In this document: positions 47,247-58,231 of the stretch, in pieces
How the letters are laid out: each line of letters begins with the position of its first letter
Position numbering within the stretch: the first letter of the stretch is position 1
Assembly: GCA_951804945.1 (NCBI GenBank)
Contig: OX638149.1
Span: 59,272,001-59,336,000 of the forward strand
Direction: 5' to 3'
Origin: Podarcis cretensis
Lineage: Eukaryota
Length of the DNA: 64,000 nucleotides
Made by a program: the position numbers and the translations under genes
The notes under the pieces: model-generated
Database searches by the model: none
What the model was told of the DNA's origin: nothing
The model's input: the letters and a program-made list of their open reading frames with translations, nothing else

Positions 47247-47958
47247 ATGTCATTCAAGCTAAGCGAGGTAGGGTTAAAGAAATCCAATAAAGTAGTGGAA
47301 AGTTTCGAAAAACATTTCATTGTGAGGAGCAATGCGATTGATGGACGGGCACAATTTAATACTCGTATGAAAAAGGAAAATGAACCTATGGATGATTTTA
47401 TTACCTCTCTATATTCCCTAGCTGAGCGTTGTGAATGTGATATCCTCCTCTGTGAGATGATCAGAGACATAATTGTTGTGGATGTCAAAAAACTCAAAGT
47501 GTCAAAAAAACTACAATTGGATGAGAGACTTACCCTGGAAAAAGCGTTCATCACTGTGAAGTAGCATGAGAGAGTGTAAAGAGGCCACCATTAGGCCTTC
47601 ATAAAAGGAGCAGCATTCCCCACCCCCACCCTCACACTGACAGTATTCATACTCTGAAGTGAAAGTCACAGCTACAGGGACAGTCCACCACACAAAACTC
47701 ACAAAACAGGGAGGAAAAATGTCGGTGGCAGGATTCTGCCTAGCAAAGGATTCTGTTTGCTACTATTGCAAGAAAAAGGAACATTTTGTTAAAGTATGCT
47801 TTGCTGAAGTAGCACTGGGACAAGTCACTACTAATCCAGCTGGCTTTCTGGGATCCTTGGCAGGCAATCAAACAGTAAATATGAGAATGTGGTTGGCAGA
47901 AATCGAGATGGATGGGTACCAAGTAGAATTCAAGCTTGACTCTGGGTGTCACAACTAA
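47247..47958 (+). mobile_element. Ty3/Gypsy (Mag-clade-like) gag-protease remnant
   Basis: Gag FEKHF...RAQFNTR...E.MDDFITSLYSLAERC...EMIRDIIVV...LQLDERLTLEKA. Zinc knuckle CLAKDSVCYYCKKKEHFVKVC. Aspartic protease motif VEFKLDSG. Stops and frameshifts present. Confidence 0.85.
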
Positions 47959-48029
47959 CCTACTAGTGGTATTTAGACTACATTCAAAACACCAGGAGAA
48001 CAGTGGGCAGCAGTGGGCAGCTTCACAGT

Positions 48030-48083
48030 AATCATAGAATCATAGAGTTGGAAGAGACCACAAGGGCCATCGAGTCCAACCCC
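48030..48083 (-). mobile_element. CR1 3'-end fragment
   Basis: (catagaat)n tail followed by gagttggaagagaccacaagggccatcgagtccaacccc. Confidence 0.7.
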
Positions 48084-49060
48084 AAATGCAATGACAAAGA
48101 AGAAATCAGGAAAGTGATTTATGTAGTGAAGCAAATAGAAAGCCCTTGTTAGGATGCAGAATGGTATGTGTCCAGCATTTGCCAACAGGAATACCAATAT
48201 TGACTACCTCAGAAGGTGGCCTTTCTGTTGTGTTTTAATAGCATACAGAACTATGATAGAAAGAGGCTACAGATTCGCCAGATTCTTCCTGCAGCTCTTC
48301 ATTCAGACTTCCCCTTCATTGTCTCATAATGTCCTCTGGACCAGGCTTAATTGTAATCTCTTTGCTGCTAAAGTCTTTATTCACTTCTGAAGCAGGAAGT
48401 TCTGGAAGAAAACATCATCATTATTTTTAATTAAATTGCTGGATATTGCAACACAGGCATTCAGCTTTGCCCTAATTGACTCCTCTTGGCCACTGTATCA
48501 TCTCCTGAAATATATCACTAGATAAAGTTTTCATACAGTCTATGCAAATGATAATGATCTTATAACATGGAGTTTGTGGTGATACACAACTATGGTTTGG
48601 GGAAATGTTCAGGTTTTCAAACCATAGTCTGTGATCAGACAGCAAACAAGAATCAGAAACACGTACAAATTTTGGTTTCTGCTAGCTGTAGCTTGGCATG
48701 ATGTCTGAATTGCACCCCAGAAACAGGAACAGTTCAGTACCATTAGTTTATATGTTGGGAAGCTCAAAGCAAGGTTTGGCATGATGTCTGAACCAAGTCA
48801 GTAACCATATTCACTATCATGTACAAATTGCTTGGAGATTTTTGAGTTTTAACTGCTTTTAAATAAATTAAATAGCATGATAATTGTAAGAGGTGACACT
48901 CTCCTTTACGCTCAATTGCTCTTCTAATGTCAACAGTATTCAAATCCAAAGTGGGCCAAGGGAAATCACAACTGTTCATCTGTCTCACTAAATGCTGGTT
49001 TTCATCATGAAGTCTGCCTCAGGTGAACAAATCATCATATAAATGTGTCACTCCCTCATA

Positions 49061-49132
49061 ATTTGGCCCTAATCATGATTTTACATTATAATGTGCTAAT
49101 ATTATAGTGTAAAATCATGATTAGGGCCAAAT
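49061..49132. repeat. 72-bp inverted repeat / hairpin
   Basis: 32-bp arms with 1 mismatch, 8-nt loop gtgctaat. Confidence 0.9.
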
Positions 49133-51094
49133 AAGACTACTACTTTTCATGTTCCGAAAATGCTTTTCCAGTGCATTTTCATATGCTGGAAAAGTCTTGA
49201 AAGATTTCAACCTGCGTCCAAAGCCTCACTTACCACATCCTGACTTCGATATTTCAGGGATACAGTGAAGTGAGATATATAAATGTTCACGAGACCCTTT
49301 GGGGACCAGGATTGCTTGGAAAGTGGACACACACACACACACACACACACACAACTGTGGCTATGTGCATATGATACACTTAAAAAGGACATGCTGTTTT
49401 AAGAATCCTGGGAAGTATAGTTTATTAAGGGTGTTGGGAGTTGCAGCTCTGTGAGTGGTAAATTACAGTTCCCAGGATTTGCATGGGGGGCGGGGTTACT
49501 TTAACTGTATGGTGTCTGCACAGCCACAGTTTCAATTCCCAAAATCACACACAAAACAAGTGTACTTCATTTATCATTTATATCAATCAAAAATAATCAA
49601 AGCTGTTCTGTTAACCTCAACACATAAAAAATGGCTGTATGAGCGGTTTCTTACTTCAGATCTGATCATCTGCTAGACATTATGAAGTAGGTGAGTCAAG
49701 GTTCAGAGAGGCCTCCCTAAGGGTCGTACTTGCCAAGATGACCCAGGCACCTTTCAGGTCAGCCTGGGAGCATCACCAAAACCACTGGGCTTGCCTTCAA
49801 GAATCCTAAGGCTATTGGAATGGATGTAAAAGCAGATCCCTTGGTATTTTTACCCTAGTGTTATTTATCGAACATTCATTGTGGTTTGTTTGTGGGGATT
49901 GGCATTGCATCAAGCAAGTGTTCTCCTACTCTAGAGAACGAGAGTGTTCTTTCAGTGCATTTTCCTGTCACTTTCCGTATTGTGAGGAGTCCGTTTTTTT
50001 GGAGGAAACAGGTTTAGGGCACAAATTGTGTAACTTGAACTTGCTGGTACATGGATCCCACCTGAAAATAATGACAGTCCAGAACTGCCCCATGACACAC
50101 GAGGCACCATCTTGGAAAGAAGGAGCGACTGCTGATTATGAGCTGGGGGGAGGAAAGAGCAAAGAAAATGTAGGAGAAGCTCGAAGGCAGCCCCTGTTTT
50201 TGTTCACTTTGCTGAAATTTCCTTCTATTGCATTAAAGAAGAACAAACAGTTCATTTGTTTCAGAGGTGCTGCACATCTGTTTCTGTGTCTAATCACTGT
50301 TAATTATAAAGGACCATGTCTCAGTAATATTCCCGGTCCCAGAGCTATGGCGTGCTTGTTGCTTCGCCTACAGTGTTTATTGCCAGCTTTTGGCACAGCC
50401 TCATTTCATTATCAAACACAAAAAGGTAGAGCTTTTACTGGATCCTTGGCATGCACTACAAACTATCCAAACTTAATACTAAAGCGGTGACTAATCAGGG
50501 AATTCCCGCGAGGAAGCTCTGTAATAACTCTTGCAAGGGTAACAAGGACAATTTCCATAGCCACAATGTTTTAAGCCAAACAAAATCCAAGCAGCTCTTA
50601 TTTTTCCCCTTGCATGACCACACACACACGGTAAGCAATGTCCTTCTAAAACAGAACGGCTGTAGGATTAGCGTGCAAAGTTTGCATTGCTTTATCATAG
50701 TGGGGCTAATAGCAAAATTCTATTAATTGCCGGACAGTGTTTTGTTTGGCAAATCCAGGAAGCAGTTTACATGGCTACGCAGTGCTCTGGTTCACAGTGC
50801 TTCTAAAATAGTATTATTGTAAGGGACTAATACTGATTAGGGACAGTTCCCCGGAGGAAGGAGGGCCTTTTGATGATTGAGTCATTTCCTTTCTCTGTTC
50901 TGCTTCAACGATACAGTTCTTCTCTCACCCCAGATACACACCCCTTCTGTCCAGAGAGTCCTCCAGCAGAGTGCTCAGAACTTCATGCCTTGGCCTTACG
51001 TAAAGATGCTTGTGTTCATGGCTCCTGGAGCAAGCAATGAAGCAAATATCAGATGACATACACCCACAAGACCACGTATTCACCTCCCACACAA

Positions 51095-51357
51095 TGCTGC
51101 GAGTTTCTATGTTAAGTTGCGGGCGAACATAGCAGACGACACAGCGATTCTTCAAACAGCTCTTCTTTATTCAGATGTCAGAACAGAACTGAGCTGAGGG
51201 GCTCAGTCAGCCTGCTTATATAGAGCTCCAGAACAATGTAACTGTTGCCATTTTCTAAAACTATCCAATCACTGAACGTCACTTTTCGATCCTTCATTTG
51301 CATAACTATCTACAGTATCCCCCTGCTGGCCCAGGGTGAGAACTCCAGTACATAACA
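51095..51357 (-). mobile_element. Short solo-LTR-like element
   Basis: tg...aca termini, minus-strand AATAAA (tttatt ~51167) and TATATA, octamer atttgcat; no clear TSD. Confidence 0.55.
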
Positions 51358-51968
51358 TTCTATATCCTTGCTTTCATTTGATGGTTGTTTCCCAGTGTCC
51401 AGGGAAGACTGGTCCATTAGGTCAAATGGGATACCAACCTCGATCAGCCCTTAGCCAGCCCCCATCTGCCTGCCTTCTTACTTACTTAGAACCAGACCGA
51501 GGATATAGCAGTGGCTGTCAGCTTCCTCCTCCTTAGTCTTCCCATTGTAGGGAAGAGGAAGGGGACAAAACTAGAATTAGTTGACTCCAACTGTTATTGG
51601 CCTCCCTGCTTTCTGCCCTACCAGTCCCAGTGGGCATAAGCCACAGCCACCAACATCCTTCATATTAAAATATACTGGGTTTTTTTGTTGATTATGTACA
51701 TTGATATCCTTGTCAAAGAGTGGATTATAAATATTTAAATAAATATTAAATTTATTCATTTTAAAAGCTACCATAAGCCCCCAAAACACAAGAGCAGTTC
51801 CGCTTTCAAAGACTCACAAAACTGATTATTCTAGAGCTCAGCAGTGCCAATTTGATCTGATGGTGTTACTGTATTGGGGGAACAAACAGTTGGTTTGTTG
51901 AAATTCATCAGAATGCTGGAAATAAGTTTCACCTCTTTTGTATCCCAGTTTCTGCTTTTAACAGTCTA

Positions 51969-52230
51969 CAGTGGACGCTCGAGTTGCGAATGTGATCTGT
52001 GCGGGATGCACGTTCACAACCCACAGTGTTCGCAACCCGCAGCGGTGCGTCTGCGCACGCGCGGGTTGAGATTTGGCGCTTCTGCGCATGCGTAAAGTGC
52101 GATTTAGCACTTCTGTGCATGTGCAACCGCTAAGACCTGGAAGTAACATGTTCTGGTACTTCCGGGTTTTGACAATCCATAACCCCAAAAAAAAGGCAAC
52201 CTGAAGCATCTGTAACCCGAGGTATGACTG
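51969..52230. mobile_element. Tigger/pogo-like MITE
   Basis: ta|cagtggacgctcg ... cgaggtatgactg|ta. Confidence 0.75.
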
Positions 52231-52289
52231 TACTGTGCTTTCCATTTTGACAGGTCCGCTCCACTTCTGTGTGGAGAGGCTTTGTGGGC

Positions 52290-52661
52290 AGACCGTGTGA
52301 TCTCTCACTCTCAGCGAGGGCTGAGCTATGCCCCTGTGTCATTTGGGAGTCCCCGGCCGCGTCACAGCCCGGCCAGCCAATCCTGTCGGACCGGGGCATG
52401 TGGCTTCAGCTATTTGAACCCTGGGGGAGCTTGAGTCGATTTGCATTGGCGGGGCTCCCCCTATTGGTGGTTGACCCTTCCTGGACTCCCTGCACGGCGG
52501 GCAGGAGTCAGATATAGTTGGTTCAGTCCAATGCGTAAGCCAATACCGCTCACATTCTGTAACCAATAAAGTTGTGGTCTAAATTTTGCCCATTAACCTA
52601 ATATAATGTGTCAATGTGTCTTTTTCAACATAGGGGGAAGCCTCGGGGTCTTGACACGCAA
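52290..52661 (+). mobile_element. Terminal-repeat fragment, possibly of a DIRS/Ngaro tyrosine-recombinase retroelement
   Basis: GC-rich promoter-like segment (ccaatc, tatttgaa) then caataaagttgtgg; lacks TG..CA termini and TSD; family call from recall only. Confidence 0.4.
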
Positions 52662-55241
52662 ATGATATGTTACAGATGATATATTACATTGCCACATTAC
52701 AGAAGTTATATAATCTGTACGCACCATGTCTAGGAATGTAAGATTTGAAGAGACAAACTGCAGAAGGCCACTACCCTGCTAGACATTAGAAAGGGGGTTG
52801 GACTAGATGACCCTCATGGTACCAACTCTACATTTCTATGATTCTATTATTCTAAATCCAAATGAAGCAAATTAATCTATCCACACATGGCATCTTAAAT
52901 TCAGCAAGGCCATTGCCTTCCCGCTTAATGTGATTCAAGCCATATTTACATGTTGCTGTAGACACCAGAGAGGGGGTGGGGTGACTTCACTCAATGCACA
53001 TTATCTGTTTTGTTTCCCCACACCTGCAACTCCCCAACTCCTGTTCATGAAGCTGTTATCTGTGCATGTGCAATTGCTATCTGAATTGTACATACCTTAG
53101 CTTAACTGGAAAGTGAATGTGACTTCTATTGTCATCAGATGGAAGCTGGCTTGAGGGAAGACTCATCAAACAGCAGCATTTTTTCAAGAAACTACAGGAT
53201 GGATATTAGCCGCACATTGTGGCTAATGTTGTGTGCACATCACTTCAGACATCAGCAGTGGAAGCACACTGGAGCCAGAGTAAATGGTAATGTGTATACA
53301 GCCTTAGACTCCTGATGCAGTTTTCTTTCTCCCCCTCCAAAGCCACCCAAAAAGGATGTTTGAGGGAATCATAACACAGATAAACCAGTAAAACGAGAAC
53401 ATTTTATCACCCATTCTTATCCTGTACCCATATGCACATTACAGCAATAATAATCAGTCATTTCATAATGAAATGTTTTTAAAAATGAGGGTATACCACA
53501 CAGGGCTTTTTTTCAGCAGGAAAGAGAGAGTAAGGGAGATGTTTATGGTGAGTTCTGGCACCCCTTTTTCTAGAGAAGTAGCACTGATTCCACAATTGTG
53601 GAATGTGGGTTTCAGGCTAAGAGACAGGGCTCCATCCCTTGTGGAACCATGCAGGCTCTAAAGACCTCTTGACTGTGGTCCTCAGCAGCTAATCTGGTGG
53701 TGAGCATGGTCAAAGTAGGTGCCCTCCTCCTCTTAAACTGGCCCCCACAGACACAAAGGCCCTCCATTATTGAATTTATAACCAGGAAGAGGGTGCATCA
53801 TCATCAGGACAATCCCCACTTTAGCAATGGGCCTACTTTAAAAAGAAATTTGCCCCTGCCACCAAAACTCATGAGGTATGGGGACGGCAGAAAAATTGGC
53901 TTGGGGGAATTGAACCAGGACCCCAAATGGAGGGCTAGCTGTCCCTGCTTTACAATAAACGCCATGCAAAGCACATGTTAATTGTCATATGCCAATCCTA
54001 AAGCACATACACCCTTGGAAGCCAATTGTGGCTCCCCAATGTGCATACCTGCTGCAGAAGAGATGCCAGTTTGCTTTACAGGAGCCAAGTGAAACTTGCA
54101 GGAAATCACAGCAATCTCCTCCTGCAACAACCTTTGCAGAAGGGCTTATTTTATCAAGATGCTGCAGATCTTATGCCCATTATCCACTGCTTTGTGGGTT
54201 TGTCACACATTTTCTAAATGGGCAATTTTGAAATGACATTTAAGGCCAGCAAGGGAAGGCTATCCCGTCTAAGCTAAGCTAAGCCTAGACATTTTAAAGT
54301 GCTTTCCCTCTGGAGGTGCAGTAATTGCTTTACGATTAGACAGGAAGCTGTATCAGCATTATTGCTCTAAAGGAGCCAGTGTTATCAAAAGACAACACTT
54401 CGGGGCCTGTCCTCACAGGAAGGGCATCGTGAGTAATCAACAGTGCTTTAAGCCAACTGGCTGCAAGACCCTTTGTACGGCTGGCAGAGTGTTTAGTGGA
54501 AAACATCTGACTGCCATTATTTTGTAAAATGCCCGGAGAATATAAATTTAATAAATAATGCCACTACCATGGATGTAAAAATGTGGGTTTTGTTCTTTAA
54601 CTCAAATCATATGCACATAATAATTTGTACCCAAACGCAGGTACATTCGCTTCTGCCTCTTAGTCAAGGCTTCTTCCCACCCCTCATGCTAAAATATATT
54701 ACTATTTTTCTGAATATAAGAATTCACAAAGCAACTGAAAAGGAGGTAATTGCACAGAGATATTTAATAGCTGCTTGCTTATAAAAGGCAATAAATCCTG
54801 AGCAGGTGTAAAAGAATAACAGATCTGGTTCTAATCAGGATATGATAACACCTTGCTTCAGATTATCTGTCTCAGCAGCTTCAAACAGAAAGATACATCA
54901 TATACAACAGAGCTCTGTGGAATTTATCATTAACTTCCGAGACCCTCCAGAAAGGAGTGGACCTAGTTCTCAGCTGCTAAACAGAACACGGTAACCAACC
55001 ATGTTAAAAGCTGCTGGAAGGTCCAGTGGGATCAACCAGCTAGTTGTTAGCACATACACAATATGTTGAAGTCAATCATGGTGTTACAAATGCAGTCTGT
55101 ATGTAAGCGGAGAATGTGACAAATGGAACGGGGAGGTTGGAGTGATTGGATCTGTAGTAAAGTCACCAGGATATTTTTAAAACACAAAAGGGCATTCTCC
55201 TGCCTGCCTAATAAAAGTGAGACATACGATATTTCAGTGGA

Positions 55242-55276
<35 letters not shown>
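55242..55276. repeat. (ATT)n microsatellite
   Basis: About 11 units visible. Confidence 0.95.
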
Positions 55277-56725
55277 GTCCTATGGGTAGGCTAATTTAGT
55301 TTGGCAAGCTGACACTGTGAGAAGGATTACAGCAGGCCCCATTTGTAACAAGGTATTACCTAAACAATTGTACATACCTGTTTGGAATAAATCCTTTCCC
55401 AAAGCACAGGTCCTTAACTATTGGAGGAGGGAGCAGTGGCTTCAGTGCCTGAACTCTTTTCTGAGTTGTAGATCTGAAAATAAATGTGCTCTTTGTGAAT
55501 CATTCTGGAGGTTGGCAAAATAAGGTAAATGCGAAATAATCCTCAAAGAAATACTGGAAAACCGAAATCAGTTCATTTCTCATGAAAGCAGTTTGATGCC
55601 ACATTTAGACTAAAAATAATCAAAGCTATTAAACACTCACCCCCTTATTTCCAAATAAGAGATTGCTTTTCAGCCCCAAACCATTTTTGCTTTCATTATG
55701 ACAGCAAAGGCACCTGAAGGTAACTGACACTGAGGATTGAAAATGGTGTCTAAACGTTTTTCACACGGGACTATTCCACAGTACTGAAATGTACTGAACT
55801 TGTTTCTTTTATCAGCATTTGTTGCTTAGATTATTGTTGTTATATTAGAGTAACCAGAAGTAATCTACGTACCTTCTCAAATGTGATAACAAAATATTAA
55901 AGATTGTGTTTTCTTCTATCAATCTGTAGCAATGTACCTAACAGAGTGGTAGCACAGAATACTAATTAGGTATTTGATAAACACTATAATTAGCATATCA
56001 TATAATGATAGTATGAGGTCATGGGGTTTTTGATATGGAAAATTCCTAATGAATAGCAGGAATTCACAAGTTGGAGCAAGAATATTTACAGCGATAGTAT
56101 CTTTTGGCTTTTGTAAGTTTGATATCAGAATGTACCTTTCCCAAGACAGCACAAGGGACAACCTTCTGAAAATCCCTTTTCTTGGGAAAGGACCTTATGA
56201 AAGACATTGCAAAACCACTAGTTCCCCCACTTTGGTTTTTCTAACTTTTCCTCTAAGAGCTCCCAGGCAAGCAACAAGTCAAAACTAACAAACAACCACC
56301 TGGTGTTTTTGTGTTGATCAAACTTTCCTGGGGCTCCCCCTCCCATGCCAGTTTGAAAGCAAAATATGCAACACAGTCAAACAAATATATTAAACTCAGA
56401 TTAAGTCAACAAGGCAAAGTATTTCTAAAAAGAAGAGCACACACTCAGCCACTTTTAGCCATACACCTGCAGACTGTGCACAGAGATTGGGGGTGTAGTT
56501 AGCTGTGGGGAATATTGTGTTACATTCTCCTGATTATAATGCTGGTGCTTTTGTTCTGTTTTCTAACATGCCTTTTGCACTGCAGTACCTGCTGCTAGGG
56601 GTGGCCTATCCCATTTCACCACCTGAGGTGAAACAGGAAGTTGCTGCCTCTTCCCTCCCACCAAATCTGGTGTCCTGCTGCCCCCACATCTCCTCACTTG
56701 CACCAAATCCCATTTGTATGAAGTA

Positions 56726-56976
56726 AGAGCCAGTGTGGTGTAGTGGTTAAGAGCGGTAGGCTCGTAATCTGGGGAACCGGGTTCGGGTCTCCGCTCCTCC
56801 ACATGCAGCTGCTGGGTGACCTTGGGCCAGTCACACTTCTCTGAAGTCTCTCAGCCCCACTCACCTCACAGAGTGTTTGTTGTGGGGAAGGAAGGGAAAG
56901 GAGAATGTTAGCCGCTTTGAGACTCCTTAAAGGGAGTGAAAGGCGGGATATCAAATCCAAACTCTTCTTCTTCTTC
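56726..56976 (+). mobile_element. Young Squam3-type tRNA-derived SINE
   Basis: A-box tggtgtagtgg, B-box ggttcgggtc, conserved core, (ctt)n tail. Confidence 0.85.
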
Positions 56977-57434
56977 CAAATGTCTGTTTACTCTCATCCA
57001 TTTGACTGCAGTTGTCTGAAGCTGCAGTTCCTTGACTAGTTGAATCGTCATCTCCACACACTACCTTCAAGACAAACATTGTTCTTTCTACCCTTTTACC
57101 CTCATGATGACTATCCTGTGAGGTAGTTAGGTTGAAAGACAGTGTCTGGCCCAGTGTCACTCAATGAGCTCCATGACTGAATGGGGAGGCAAGCTAGCCT
57201 CCTTAAGGGTTCCCATGGAGTAGAATCTAGTGAGGAAAAAAAAGTTGCCCCATATACTAATGGTGAAATGATTCTCAAAGAGGGAGGTATTAGGCTTGGA
57301 AGGAATCCCAAAGTTTCAAAAATATTCAGGGCAGGATACCTAATGGGGAAATGCTGCAAACAGCTTAATAAAGACAGAGCGGGCTCAGTGGGCATAGAAT
57401 CCTGACTGACTTGGGAGGGGTTGCAGGAACAGGA

Positions 57435-57436
<2 letters not shown>

Positions 57437-57475
<39 letters not shown>
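57437..57475. repeat. (GT)n microsatellite
   Basis: About 19 units visible. Confidence 0.95.
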
Positions 57476-57476
<1 letters not shown>

Positions 57477-58095
57477 TGGAATGGAAGAAAGGATGTCTGG
57501 TTGGCCAGAACACTGAATAGCAGCATTCCATGCTGCATTGTTTTGTTGCAGGTCTCACTTGTAATGATTTCCTAATATAACTTTCTTTGAGCATCAATAC
57601 AACAAAATAAATATGCACACAAAACTCCTAAACCAATTCAGTTAGTGCATTTGCTTATGCTCCTACACATTCTGTAGATGATACCACAGGCTTTTCTTAA
57701 TAGGAAGGGCTATAAAGGCTTCCTGTTCCAGCAAGGACTTTGCCTAGCTCTCATTCATGGTGTGTTTAGTTTCCTGGCTCTGACCCCGACTTGACTCTTG
57801 GCTTACAGCTTCTGGCTCCCACTTGGTGACTGCCTGCAGTTCAGCTCTGATACTTCCAGACAGCAATTAAAGACAGTAGCTTTCTTTGGAGACAAGATTT
57901 GACAACCTTATTAACCACAATGCACTGGGGCCCCAGAACACTGTTAGAGCTGGACTGGGACCTCCACAGTACTAAAGAGGGCACAGTGCTCTGGTGACGT
58001 CTGAGAACCTGTTTACACACCTACGTTCACAACTCAAAAACAGCATCAAGTGACAACCTGTGTGAAAGAGCCATCACTGCTCAGACACCATAGAT

Positions 58096-58231
58096 CAGTG
58101 TTTCCCAACCTTGGGTCGCCAGCTGTTTTTGGACTACAACTCCCATCTTCCCTAGCTAGCAACACCAGTGGTCAGGAATGATGGGAATTGTAGTCCTCAA
58201 ACAGCTGGAGACCCAAGGTTGGGAAACACTG
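58096..58231. mobile_element. Palindromic hAT MITE
   Basis: cagtgtttcccaaccttggg ... cccaaggttgggaaacactg; exact 8-bp TSD ccatagat. Confidence 0.9.

Noticed and set aside
49858-50490. 210-aa ORF, the longest in the window
   Set aside because: Non-ATG start, no recognisable domain or exon structure, composition typical of non-coding DNA.
56726-56800. tRNA-like A/B boxes (also ~61470 and ~43380)
   Set aside because: Heads of tRNA-derived SINEs; no full cloverleaf, followed by SINE body and tail.
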